The notes under the pieces: model-generated
Database searches by the model: none
What the model was told of the DNA's origin: nothing
Seen by the model: the letters and a program-made list of their open reading frames with translations, nothing else
Shown: one piece after another, positions 13,101 to 26,206 of the stretch
Numbering within the stretch: the first letter of the stretch is position 1
Layout of the letters: each line of letters starts with the position of its first letter
Assembly: GCA_964016885.1 (NCBI GenBank)
Contig: OZ024747.1
Span: forward strand, 3,596,001 to 3,660,000
Length of the DNA stretch: 64,000 bases
Direction of reading: 5' to 3'
Source: Eledone cirrhosa
Lineage: Eukaryota
Position numbers and translations under genes: made by a program

Positions 13101-14599
13101 TGCGCCCTCAGCTGGGCCTTTTAGTCTTAAATGGTTAGAATGTTTTAATCCATTATCTGTATGTATAACTTTTCAATTCCAATTACTTGCACCAAACTAA
13201 GTAAAATAGAGTGTATTTCATAAGAAATACAGTGATGAAAGGGTTAAAGGAGATTTGGCTGCTATTTGTAGCAGGATACTCAACCAGATAAACACTCTAT
13301 TATTGGTTTACCATATTTATTGTTTAAAAACTCTATGAAACTCATAATTTCAATAGAACCCAATAATTGTAGTATTACACTATTATATTAATGGTAATTG
13401 ATTATTAGTTTTTATTTTTTATATTGAATATTATCACTATTATATTAGTAAAGGTCATTCAGTCCGGTAACAGAGTGCTTATGGGGGAGGGGGAGGGAGG
13501 AGAATGACACCATCATCATCACCACCAACAACAACACCACCACTACTACCACCACCTCCACTTTTGCTTGAGCACACCATTTTTTATATCAATATATGTC
13601 TGTCTCTCTGTCTGTCTGTCTGTATTTTTAACTTACTAGCAAAATTATCATTCCAGAGTATATAATTTTTGGTCTACTTTTTATGAAATTGATCAGGTAA
13701 CTCTGTAGCTTCCCGACCTTTACAGAGGTCTTGAAATGAGCCGTGGTCATTAACCTGTCTCTTTTGGCTAAAACCTATAGAAATATAAAACTTATTCCAA
13801 CCTTGTTGAGAAACCACCATGTCACTTATCTCCTAGACTAAAACAAACCACAATTTGAAATATATGGCACATTCTTAAAGTTGAGTGTAAAATGAAAAAG
13901 CTGTTTATACAACTGTATATAAACGAGCTGTCTACGTCGGATTTGTAAAGTAATTTTTTATTTTATAAAATCTCTTTTGTTTTCTTAAATAAACCAAACA
14001 ACATTAAATTGTTAAGAGAGCTTTCTTGATTTTTTTCTCTCAATAGTTTGATTAAAAGTGTTCTATATCTCTTTAGTAACGACATTAGCCTTATCTGCTG
14101 GAAGGGTTATGTTGCTAATATTAGACTAAAGGGTCCTCACTACATTCTCAGTTCTTTTGGGAGTATTTGAAGTACTTGTGTATGTACTTGTGCCATTTTG
14201 TATGTGTTTCTGTCTATGTGCACATGTGTTTGTATATATATATGTATGTGTGTGTATACAGTTTAGCATCAGCATCATCATCATTTAATGGATGTTAGAT
14301 AACGGTGATCATGACACACTTAAATCACTTAGATACATGCACACACACATCAAATAGAACAAAACCGTCTAACCCATGCTAGCATGGAAGATGGACGTTA
14401 AAGGATGATAGATAGATAGAGAGAGATATAGATATATATGTGAGTGTATATACATATTATATATATATATATATATATATATAAGTGTGTGTATATATAT
14501 ATGTAAAATCCCAACCAAGTGGTCGGGACTTTACATATCTATACCCACTCTGTAACAAGTACTCATATGATTAGTGGTCTCCTCAGTATCAGCACCGTA

Positions 14600-14715
<116 letters not shown>

Positions 14716-15139
14716 TGAGATTCAATGAATTACTTCTGGTGGTATCAAAACATAATAAATGTAATGTAGATATAACTACAGTTTTTAAATTACAAATGTG
14801 TGTGTGAAAAGAATGATTCTATGATAAGGCGACCTTTCAGAGAATCTTACTGCTATAGAAATACATTGAAAAGTAAGGAAGAAAGACATTTTGTGTCTTT
14901 TCCATTAGTCTCCAGCACATTAAAATATTATGTCTTTAACTCACCATATTTTTGTTAAATATATGTAATTAAACTATACTCTAGTAGATATTAGACATAT
15001 TCAAAATATTTAAATTTACTGCTGAATATCATTTACACAAATTGTGTTTTGTTTCAGTTACCTATAAAACAGTGGGTTTAAAATAGGGGGTTGGATGAGT
15101 TATCAACCTCACAAGCCCAGTTGTGGCCACTTAAAAAAA

Positions 15140-15390
15140 GTCATCTTCTTTTTTGCCCACTTATTCCTGAGAGGGTTGTGGGGACAGAGTCCTCAAATAC
15201 TCCTTCCAGAAAGTCCTGTCAGAACCAACTGTCTTCAACTGATCTGACTGGATCCCCAAGCAAGACCAGCCAAGCTCATGGATGTTATCCAACCATCTTG
15301 CTCGGGGTCTACCCCTAGGTCTCCTGCTGGTTGGTTTTCCCCCATAAAATCTGTCCAGCTATTCTTTTTTGAGACATTCTTGCCACATGA
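15140..15390 (-). mobile_element. 3' end of a second RTE-like LINE family; other copies at 17130-17480 and 60790-61070
   Basis: Minus strand encodes RRPRGRPRARWLDNIHE, a typical RTE C-terminal GRP..RW motif. Three homologous copies; the 17.1-kb copy has a (GAA)n tail and a 68-bp internal duplication. Confidence 0.7.
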
Positions 15391-15834
15391 GTGATGAAAG
15401 GTAACTAAATGAGGTAGGGTTTTTACAATGGACAGGTGTCAAGAAATCTAGGCATGCACACACATGCACACACATACACACACATACACACACATACACA
15501 CACATACACACACACATGCATATGCACATACATATAGATTAGTTTGTGTTTTAGATAATTAAATGGTAATGTAAACTATGTTTACTAGACATTTTTGAAA
15601 AACTGTACAAACCTGAGTAATATTGATGAGCTAGGGTCATCACTGATATACACACATATATACATACATTATTCTATATACTATACATGCACCTTTGATG
15701 AGTTGTAGTGCCCCTGAGCACTGTACACAATAATTTCATTATATATACACACATATATATATACATTTGTATGTGGCATTTATGTATGTGTATATACGTA
15801 TGTGTATATATATATATGTATGTATATACCCCCA

Positions 15835-16050
15835 GACCCTCCCACTGCAAAATGGTTGTGGAGGTGCCACGGAAAAAAAGCACCCAGCACTCACTGTAAA
15901 TGAGATTGGTGTTAGGAAGGGCATCCAGCTGTAGAAATCAAGCCAGAACCAGTTCCCTTATGAACAAGGCAAGGTCAGCCGACTGGACACTGCCCACAAC
16001 AGGACAACCCGTCTAACCCATGCTAGCGTGGAAGAACGGACGTAAAACAG

Positions 16051-16083
<33 letters not shown>
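15835..16083 (+). mobile_element. RTE LINE / SINE-B 3' tail fragment; further copies at 17809-18003 (-), 24380-24563 (+), 25991-26166 (+), 58357-58535 (-), 59308-59668 (-)
   Basis: TTGGTGTTAGGAAGGGCATCCAGC...CTAACCCATGCTAGC.TGGAA...GGACGTAAAA..(GAT)n. Confidence 0.85.
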
Positions 16084-16084
<1 letters not shown>

Positions 16085-16214
16085 ATATATATGTGGGTGT
16101 TTCTCTGTGTGTGTGTGTGTGTGTGTGTATATATCTTTCACTGATGTTCTATTACTAACGACATTTAATAAATCCTGAGCAATCAAGGTTACCATTGTTC
16201 CAACTAAGGGTCAC

Positions 16215-16313
16215 CTTCTGCCTCTTTCTGCAGTTGAGGCAACAATCAGACATTTTGGATAGAAATTTAGCCTCAGCCAAGAACTTCTGATCTCTTGTAA
16301 AGTTGCTGGGATT
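16215..16313 (-). CDS. Possible 99-nt internal exon (NPSNFTRDQKFLAEAKFLSKMSDCCLNCRKRQK or the alternative open frame)
   Basis: TCCTCTTCAG acceptor, AAG|GTGACC donor, length divisible by 3, unique sequence. No homology recognised. Confidence 0.2.
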
Positions 16314-16449
16314 CTGAAGAGGATATTACCATTGTTAGTATTAGGTTTATGGTAGATTGTATACCTTTAACAATATGATAAATTGTTTAATCTGATTATG
16401 GGAAGAGAAAACACTTTGTAAGATCCAATATTGAAGGGTCATCATTATC

Positions 16450-16722
16450 TTTACCACCACCACCACCGCCGCCGTCGTCGCCGTCGTCGTCGTCGTCATC
16501 GTCATCATCATCATCATCATCCCCATCACCATGATCATCACCATCACCACAGTTGTCATCATCATCATCATCACTACCATCACCAACACCACCACCATCA
16601 CCGTCACCATCATTATCATCACCATCACCACTATCCCTGCTATCATCAACATCACCATTACCATGTCCACCAACACCACCACCACCATCATCCTCATCAT
16701 GACTACTATCACCACCACCATC
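16450..16722. repeat. Compound trinucleotide repeat (CAC/CGT/CAT)
   Basis: Direct reading. Confidence 0.9.
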
Positions 16723-18150
16723 ACATGGTATGGGTCTCCAATGCACTTGTACAATGCAGTCAAGTGTCACTTCACTATGTTTTCTATTTTCAAAAATCCC
16801 TATTATCGACGACATAGCATAGAAACATCTCTTTATGAATTAATTTACAGTTTGTTAAACAAAGAGGTTTTCCTTCAAGTTCTTCATCTTATTTCACTTT
16901 CTTTCAGCCTGTCAATCATCATTAATAGGTTTTTTTTTTTGGGGGGGGGGGGGGGGTGATATGCCTTCAGTCTTTTTTTCTCTCATTTTTTCAACATGGT
17001 AAAATAAAGGCATACAGTGTTTTCAAATATTTGCCTATTGCCTTATTTTTTTTAACGCACATTCTTTCTTCTTCTTCTTCTTCTTCTTCTTCTTATTATT
17101 ATTATTCTACATCCTTCTTCTTCTTCTTCACTCACATATTCCTGAGATGATTCTGGCAGCAGAGTCCTCAAACACTTCTTCCAGTGATTCTTTCTTGAGA
17201 CATTCTGAGCACATGTCCATAGTATCAGAACTGTGATTTCTCAATTTAGAGAAGTAGTGACTCTACTTGGAGTGACTCTCTGATCTCTGAGCTACTCACT
17301 CTATCGAGTAACATTGCTCAGTAGTGACTCTACTTGGAGTGACTCTCTGATCTCTGAGCTACTCACTCTATCGAGTAACATTGCTCCAAAGACCTTTCAG
17401 AGGAACTACATTTTGGCTGCTTGTATTCTTGACAGTATTCTTTCACTTATTACCAAATATTGATGACCATAGTTAGCTGTTGGTACAAATGGTAAATTGT
17501 AGATAGTAAGTTTGGTTTTACACCTACCTCTCTCCTTCTGATGACTGAATTCTGAAGTTAGCACATTACTGCACCAGCTCCTGCAACATTGCACTTAACT
17601 GTCAGTTTAATTTGTTACGACGCACTAAATCTACCGATTTTACATATAGATATATAAAAAGATGAAGACTTATAAGAATTAAAAGATATTCATCAATATA
17701 AAAGTACTAATTAGTTAATGAAATAATTGATTAATTTCATACCATCTCTTCTATCATTCGTTTTCAACATTCCTATAAATTGCTAAACCACAGATATATA
17801 TATATATATCATCATCGTTTTACATCCATTCTTCCATGCTAGCATGGGCTAGACAAGTTGTCCTGTTGTGGGCAATGCCAGGTTGGGTGACCTTATCTTG
17901 CTCATACGGGAACTTATTGTGGCTTGATTTCTACAGCTGGATGCCCTTCCTAACACTAACCTCATTTACAGTGAGTGCTGGGTGCTTTTTTTACCGTGGC
18001 ACCTATATATATATATAAATCAAGAGGGATACTGTAAAAACTGGTTAGACCATTAGTCTCAAGAGTACTCAATACTTCGGGAAGTAGAGCATGATTATAT
18101 GCGTCTGGAATTAGCTGTTGAAATGGCAAGAGCTCAGCGGTCGGGGTCCA

Positions 18151-18291
18151 AAAAACATGGGCGGAGGTGGTGAGAGCAGACCTCAGATCGCTGAAGCTCA
18201 CGAAGGAGATGACGAAGGACCGTGACAAGTGGAGAGATGCTGTGCTGAATACGACCCGTCCTACCCTTGCAAGCAGGGAAAAGCGGACGTT
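18151..18291 (+). mobile_element. RTE LINE extreme 3' end; related copies at 23080-23232 (+) and 27480-27870 (-)
   Basis: Encodes KTWAEVVRADLRSLKLTKEMTKDRDKWRDAVL followed by the CCTTGCAAGCAGGGAAAAGCGGACGT tail. Confidence 0.8.
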
Positions 18292-18326
18292 AGTAGAGTG
18301 TAAATTAATAGAGTGTAAACATAATA

Positions 18327-18450
18327 TTTAATATAGAAATGGCTTCTACAGGACTAGAACTGTTTCATTGAAAAGAAATCATGAGGCTTTCCTGATGATT
18401 TCTTTTGAATGAAACAGTTCTAGTCCTGTAGAAGCTATTTCTATATTAAA
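18327..18450. repeat. Fold-back palindrome containing a hammerhead core lacking the 5' strand of stem I
   Basis: Inverted arms of about 55 bp. The right arm reads CTGATGA-tttcttttgaat-GAAAC-agttcta-GTC. Confidence 0.8.
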
Positions 18451-19018
18451 CAATATATATATATGAGAGAAAGAGAAAGGGAGAGAGAGAGGGAGCACAG
18501 AGGGGGAGAGAGAAAGCGAGAGAAAGAGAGCAAAAGAGAGAAAATCTCAAAATAAAAACTAATATTTTTGTAAAAACAAACAATCCAGCCATTTGTGCTT
18601 CAAAGATGAAGGAAATCTTTATATGAAAAACAATAAAATTTTATTTTATTTTCAGATTTCCCAAAATGGTTTTGTATTTTCTCCTACTTCTTTAATAGCA
18701 ATTTAACAGGGACAAAATAATACTCAATGGAAGTATGTCAACTACAGACAACTGACATCATAACGTCTTTAATGTCTACTTTGGTTGGGTCTTATTATGT
18801 ATATATATATATTTAGGTTTGTTGGTTCACCACTGGATAGAACTGGTCATTCCGTATGGTCAACTTTGATGTAATACTATGGAGAGCACTCAACGTAATG
18901 CAACTCACCCGTCTTCGTTTGTTTTGTTGGTGGTGCGAGTACGGAGTTAATTATTATAAAATAACAGGAGGCTGGACAGGTGTAATTCCTTAAAAGGTGT
19001 ATACTATGATCAAATTTT

Positions 19019-19076
19019 ATACTATGATCATTTTAATGACCGGGTTCAGTATGAATCCGGTGACATCATCAGGTAT
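19019..19076 (-). ncRNA. Degenerate type I hammerhead motif (GAAA>AAAA)
   Basis: ATAC-CTGATGA-tgtcaCCGGattca tac tgaacCCGGtcatt-AAAA-TGATCA-TA^GTAT, with palindromic stem III. Confidence 0.6.
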
Positions 19077-19179
19077 TCGAAATATAACAAAGGAATAAAA
19101 TAGACAAACTCCATGGGGCTGAAAAGGCAGAAAGACAACAAGGCGGCCAAACATTTCTAGTCTGGTCGGCTGCCTAATA

Positions 19180-19738
19180 TCATCATCATCACCGTTTTAC
19201 GTCCGTTCTTCCATGCTAGCATGGGTTAGACGGGTTGTCCTGTTGAGGGCAGTGTCTGGTCGGCTGACCATGCCTTGCTCATACAGGAACTGATTCTGGC
19301 TTGATTTCTACAGCTGGATGCCCTTCCTAACACCAACCTCATTTACAGTGAGTGTTGGGTGCTTTTTTGCCGTGGCACCTCCACGACCACTTTGCAGTGG
19401 GAGGGTGTGGGGGCATATTGTCTATATGCTTCAGCTTGTACCCATGGGAGGTCGGGTACTCTGTATTACTGAGTGACGCCAGAGGTCACGGTCATGTGTC
19501 ATTGCCTTTGAGAGGTGTAATTGGGTAAGGTCGGCTTTTATCACCTCATCCCAGGTCTTCTTGGGTCTCCCCACTCCGCGGTTTCAATCGACTTCTAGTG
19601 CTCTGCACCTTTTTATGCAGCTGTCATCCTTCATACGCATCACATGTCCATACCAACGCAACCGCCTCTCCTGCACACAGCATTTGATTCCTCTTATGCT
19701 CAGTCTGTCTCTCAATTCATTTATGCTTTGCCGTTCGG
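19180..19738 (-). mobile_element. 5'-truncated RTE LINE: RT C-terminus plus 3' UTR plus (GAT)n tail
   Basis: Encodes ELRDRLSIRGIKCCVQERRLRWYGHVMRM and GRPKKTWDEVIKADL. The 3' UTR matches the SINE-B tail. Confidence 0.9.
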
Positions 19739-20606
19739 AGCATCCAGGCTTATATATATATATATATAGAGAGAGAGAGATTGGGAGTAACCAGTTTATA
19801 CTAGTAAGACCATGCTCAGTTAAGTACTCAATATATATATATGCATGGCTTGCATGTACGTTCAAACTATTATTGAGTGAGTAATTGAGAGCAACAGAGC
19901 TATATAAATGGTTTTCCTATTGCCTTGGTAACTAAACTAATATATATATATATATATATATATACATGTGTGTGTGTATGAGCATTTTACTTGTCATTTC
20001 TTAATTCCCCAAAAGCTTAAAGCAGTTTTAAGCTTTTGCTAAATGTTTGAACTTAAGTTACCTTATTTAGTACTTACCAAGTTGAGTTGAGTATTTGTCT
20101 TAAATTATGAGAGTCTTAGACAGAAATAAGTTTATCTCTTCAAATATTTTTTGAAATAATTTGTTTTCCCCCCACCTCACACACACACACTCTCCAAAAT
20201 GACAATGACATGTGAACAGCTAAATAGCTGTCCCCCAAAACATATATATATATATATGCTCAGGGCCAGATTTAATGGGTGGCAAAAGGAGCAATTGCCC
20301 CGGGCCCACTGTAGTGGGGAGGTGGAGACACCTATGATGGTAACAGCAATTTATTTGTGCCCTCAGCTGGGCTTTTTAGTTTTAGGATGAGGATCAAACA
20401 CAAAACCCCACAACTGCAAATCTAATTCTCTAACCACACAGCTTCACTAATAGGAACAAATACCACAAGGTATTTTTCTCTGTTTTAATGATTCTACCAA
20501 TTCTTCATCCCAACTTTTTAAATAAAATATTGAAGTTAGGTTTTAATTTAAAGATTCCAGATAAGTTGAGCTGGAAAATACACACATACACACATATATA
20601 CACTCA

Positions 20607-20646
<40 letters not shown>

Positions 20647-20840
20647 CACACACATGCACTCACATACGCCTACATACTCACTCTCATATGCACACATACA
20701 CATACATTTAAACAAAGAAAAAGAGAAAGAAAGTGATATATATTTGGTTAATTAAAAGCTAAGAGTTTTTTTTATTGATTACCTATAAATTACCCACATT
20801 TGTAAACAACAAGAAAAACAATATATATATATATATGTTC

Positions 20841-20893
<53 letters not shown>

Positions 20894-20922
20894 TGTTCAT
20901 ATATATATATATATATATATAT

Positions 20923-21109
20923 ATAAGAACCAGTAAGACCCCGACGGCTGAGCTCAAGCCGTTTCGACGGCTAATTCAGAATTAGCCGTCGAAACGGCTT
21001 GAGCTCAGCCGTCGGGGTCTTACTGGTTCTTATTACCCACTCTACTACCCCAAGTATTGAGTACTTTGGTGCGTTATGTTCCACCTGGTTCCTTACCACA
21101 TTTCCTTCG

Positions 21110-21111
<2 letters not shown>
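20923..21111 (+). mobile_element. Short TA-embedded 'GAGCTC family' element with a perfect 55-bp-arm palindrome; copies at 44387-44525 (-), 54851-54998 (-), 18030-18150, 55070-55245, 55330-55440, 6890-6937
   Basis: Shared GAAACGGCTTGAGCTCAGCCGTCGGGGTC...GTATTGAGTACT...TTCCTTACCAC ending in (TA)n. Confidence 0.8.
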
Positions 21112-21166
<55 letters not shown>

Positions 21167-21201
21167 TATATAATATATATGTTCATATATATATATATAT
21201 G

Positions 21202-21295
<94 letters not shown>

Positions 21296-21471
21296 CATAT
21301 ATATATATATGTTCATATATATATATATATATATATATATGTTCATATATGAACATATATATATATATATATGTTCATATATATATATATGAACATATAT
21401 GTATATATATATATATATATATGAACATATATATATATATATATATGTTTATATATATATATATATATATG

Positions 21472-21505
<34 letters not shown>

Positions 21506-21507
21506 CA

Positions 21508-21613
<106 letters not shown>

Positions 21614-21647
21614 CATATATATATATATATATATATATGTTCATATA

Positions 21648-21685
<38 letters not shown>

Positions 21686-21691
21686 CATATA

Positions 21692-22039
21692 TCATCATTC
21701 ATCATCATTTCATTTTACGTCCGCTTTTCCCTGCTTGCAAGGGTGGGACGGGAACTGATTTTGGCTTGATTTCTACAGCTGGATGCCCTTCCTAACACCA
21801 ACCTCATTTACAGTGAGTGCTGGGTGCTTTTTTGCCGTGGCACCTCCACGACCACTTTGCAGTGGAATGATAGGGACCCCAGTCCCTATCATCTCATTTC
21901 TACAGCTGAGTAAACTGGAGCAATGTGAAATAAAGTGTCTTGCTCAAGGAAACAACACATCACCCGGTCTGAGAATTGAACTCACAACCTTTCGATTGCA
22001 AGGCCAATGCTCTAACCACTAAGCCATGTGCCTCCACAT
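21692..22039 (-). mobile_element. SINE family B, full length
   Basis: tRNA-like head TGGCTTAGTGGTTAGAGC...GTGAGTTCAATTC, then CCTTGAGCAAGACACTTTA core and RTE tail. Confidence 0.9.
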
Positions 22040-22112
22040 ATATATGTATATATATGTGGAGGCACATGGCTTAGTGGTTAGAGCATTGGCCTTGCAATCG
22101 AAAGGTTGTGAG

Positions 22113-22188
<76 letters not shown>

Positions 22189-22257
22189 CATATATATATA
22201 TATATATATATATGTTCATATATATATATATATATATATATGTTCATATATATATAT

Positions 22258-22321
<64 letters not shown>

Positions 22322-22322
22322 G

Positions 22323-22359
<37 letters not shown>

Positions 22360-22961
22360 GTTCATATATATGTATAATCAATAAAGACCTTAATGTGAAA
22401 CCTCGCTTTGTTTTCAATATATATATATATATAGGGTAGGGGGTAAAGGGTACACAGATATATGTATTCAAGAACATTCCCTGTCTGCTTCCACCATTCC
22501 AGAAAACCAATGTACTCTGTAACACCAAGAACTTTGTCATTTTACTTTTATAATTAATGTAAAGGTACGAAGGTAAATACTAGAAAGACAAATGTATAGC
22601 AAGTAGTAAAACATGTAGAAATTACTGGAAGGTAGACATGTGCGAAGATGGAGGACATGTTCAGTGAATGAGTTGATGAATGAAGGAGTAAATGACTGAA
22701 GTATCATTCAGAGAGAGTAAGACTTAAAGTTGTATATGTATATATGTGTGTATGCAGATATATCTATATATGTTTACTATGTTTACATGTATATGTGTGT
22801 GTGTATGTATATATATATCTTCCGAAGAAGAGATATTATCTCAAAAATTAAGGATGTTTAAATAAATTTAAGGTAAAAGACTAATTGTCAACAATATCTT
22901 TTGCATTTGCATTTATATTCTATATCCATACCTGCATTGTTTTGGCTTTACAAATACAAAC

Positions 22962-23019
<58 letters not shown>

Positions 23020-23341
23020 TTTCTTATTGTTGGCAACATGACCCTCCCAAAGCGTAACAATATATATATATATATATATAAACATGGGTGGAGGTGGTGA
23101 GAGCAGACTTCAGATCACTGAAGAGGAGATGAAGAAGGACAAGTGACAAGTGAAGAGATGTTGTGTTGAATAGGACCGGTTCTACCCTTGCAAGCAGGGA
23201 AAAGTGGACGTAAAATGATGATGATGATGATGATATATATATATATATAAAATTTAAGTGAAAAAATAACTTTATTTAAGTACAAGCCAAACAAGTAGAA
23301 GCCAAACATACAAAATTAAGTTAGTCTCACTTATATAAACA

Positions 23342-23420
23342 CCTCCCGACCATGGTTTCGTACACGGAAGAAACAACATTACAAATTATTGGAAGAATCC
23401 ATGATTCTCTTCAGGGGAGT
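23342..23420 (-). ncRNA. Type I hammerhead ribozyme, intact core
   Basis: CTCCC-CTGAAGA-[G...48 nt...C]-GAAAC-CATG-GTC^GGGAG. GC-rich 5-bp stem I, palindromic stem III ACCATGGT, GUC triplet. AATAAA and (TA)n lie downstream on the same strand. Confidence 0.8.
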
Positions 23421-23547
23421 TATTCTTCAAACTAAGAGGTTATATTGATCATGAAATTATATTGTTTCATTGTTGGGACTGCATGCTGTCCAAAGCACAT
23501 CATGTTGAAATATTAAATGTGTGTGCTGTGTGTATGCGTGTGTGTGT

Positions 23548-23855
23548 GTATCATGACTCATACACATTCACTTTCCTGACATTTGTACATTATTCTATGT
23601 ACTACTAGGGCGATGAATTGGCAGTCTCGGTAGAGGGTTGGACGCCATGCTTGTCCCTTTACGGTCTGAGTTCAAATCCTACTGAGGTTAACTTTGCCTT
23701 ACATCCTTACGGGGTCAATAAAATAAAGTACCAGTAATGTACTGGGTAATTGCTGGTCTTGTGCCAAAAGTAGAAACAATTATTCTATGTACTATACATA
23801 CACTTTTCTGATGAGTTGTAGTGCACCTGAGCACTGTAAACAATAATTCCATTAT
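23548..23855 (+). mobile_element. CR1 LINE 3' UTR fragment interrupted by full-length SINE A (23608-23780)
   Basis: Matches 56815-56940. TSD ATTATTCTATGTACTA at 23589-23604 and 23779-23794. Confidence 0.85.
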
Positions 23856-24028
23856 ATATTATATTCTCTCAGATTCACACACTTATTGCAGCAGTCCTTC
23901 AGTTTTTCTAAACCCTGTAAAAAGATTTCAGAAGGTTGGGCCTCCAACCAGGCCTCTCTAGAAGCGATCAACCCAGGAACCTCTCATCACCCCCTTGTAT
24001 ATGATATATATAAATATATATATTTAAG

Positions 24029-24209
24029 TAGAAAGTGAACAACACAAAATATAACTACTCCATTACCAAAGGTTTCTGGATCACAGACGATAATAATGTA
24101 ATATACGTCTGGATCGGTCGTCGATCCAGATGTATATTACATTATTATCGTCTATGATACAGAAACCTTTGGTAATGGAGTAGTTATATTTTGTGTTGTT
24201 CACTTTCTA
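24029..24209. repeat. Long near-perfect palindrome (about 88-bp arms) next to (TA)n
   Basis: TAGAAAGTGAACAACAC...CTGGATCG gtcgt CGATCCAG...GTGTTGTTCACTTTCTA with few mismatches. Confidence 0.92.
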
Positions 24210-25929
24210 ATTAAATAGCTCTGTTCTATACATAGAGCACTCTTTTTTCCTTTGCTTTTCCTTTGGAATTACGTAACATATATATATATACTGGGCTTTA
24301 AAACTATGGTTCCACTGTGAGATGGGATCAGTGTGGCCAACTGGCCTGTCCTTCTTTATAATGGTGCCGCGCAGTCCCATGGTAAATGTGGTTGGTGTTA
24401 GGAAGGGCATCCAGCTGTAAAATCCCTGACCAAATTTACATTCCATCGGAGCAGGATATGGTATGACCAATTCTGACCAGACCTGTCTCTCGACATGGAT
24501 GACACGTCAAACCCACACAATCATGAAAAATGGACACTAAATAGTGTTGATGATGATGATGATACTGGGATTTCCTATATGCTGTAGCCACATTCTTTGG
24601 CTGCCGTGTGTGTAATGCAAGGGAGAGAAACCTTGTTATAAAATGTTATTCTTTCTCACGTACCTTCAGAAAATAATACAATATCAATCGTTGATATAGA
24701 AGTGTTAAATTGTGAAAATGTATTCAACATTGTATTATTAAAAATAAATACAGTAAAGTGATATGTCGTCTTGTGATTATTTTTTTAAGGACAGTGGGAA
24801 AGAATTAAATTCTTCCAACAAAGATTTTCTCCCTTGCTACACATATCAGACATCAAAATAATGGGGTTACACATGCACACACTCAAACACACACACACTC
24901 GAACACACACACACATTAACTCGAACACACATACACTGGCACAGTCTCTTTCTTTCTCTCTCACTATATCTATCTATCTCTCTCTCTCCTTCTCTCACAT
25001 ACAACAATAATAATAAAAATCACAACAATAACAACAACAATAATGATGTCAACATGAGAACAACAACAAAAGGCATAACAACAACAATAAAAACCATAGC
25101 AACAACAACAACAATAACAACATCCACATGAGAACAACAACAAAAACCATAACAACAACAACAAGAATAAGAAATGGAATGAAGAATATTTTATAATATT
25201 GCATGTGGTTTGATATTCTTTATTGTCGCATGTTAAAGAATCTTTACCCTTGAGGCAAATATAGACCCCCCCCCTCTACTATTTCCTGTTGTTGAGTGAC
25301 GAATTGAAATTATTAATTCATCTTTTACAATCCATTTTCTCTGAGAAATTCACTTGGATTTCACATTTTCATATGTACACACACACACATACATACACAC
25401 ATACACACACACGCATACATACACACATCCTCATACATTTACACAAATGCACCGACATACACACACGCACATATATATATACATGCGCATTCACACACAT
25501 AAACATAGATACACACTCACAAATTCACACAGGTACACACATGCACACATACATAGACATACACACACAAACACACATACATACACAACCCATGCTAGCG
25601 TGGAAGATGGACGTTAAATGAAGATGATGATGATGATGATGATATAAACACACACACACAACCAGCTCCACACATACACCCACAGATACATGTAAATGCT
25701 TATTTTATAGGTGTTGGTATATAGATACATGAATTGTGTTCTGAATAAATGACAGTTTGGGAGAGACAAAATGTGTCTTATTCTGTATAAATGCACCCAC
25801 AATTCCTCGTGGAGTTGTAGATGTGCCACAGTGACAGAGGGAACTTCTTGGACATTTTCTAAAATTGGCATGGCACTTCTCCTGTCCAGGTGTGAACACA
25901 GCCAATTACCCCCAGGAGAGAGAGTGAGG

Positions 25930-25984
<55 letters not shown>

Positions 25985-26135
25985 GAATAATGTGGTTGGT
26001 GTTAGGAAGGGCATCCAGCCGTAGAAAACCTGCCAGACAGTCCTATACGAGCGAGACACGGTCACCCGACCAATCTTGCTTCAAGTGAGACAATTCCCGT
26101 CTAACCCGTGCTAGCATGGAAAATAGAAGGTAAAC

Positions 26136-26168
<33 letters not shown>

Positions 26169-26206
26169 TGTACGAAGCTAGATTTTCAGTTTTTGAATAG
26201 CTATAA

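Noticed and set aside
16347-16959. His-rich and Asp/Gly-rich ORFs
   Set aside because: Compound trinucleotide microsatellite open in several frames with no supporting gene structure.
23806-23830. CTGATGAG hammerhead core
   Set aside because: Part of the CR1 3' UTR (TTGATGAG or TTGACGAG in other copies), with no downstream GAAA or stems.
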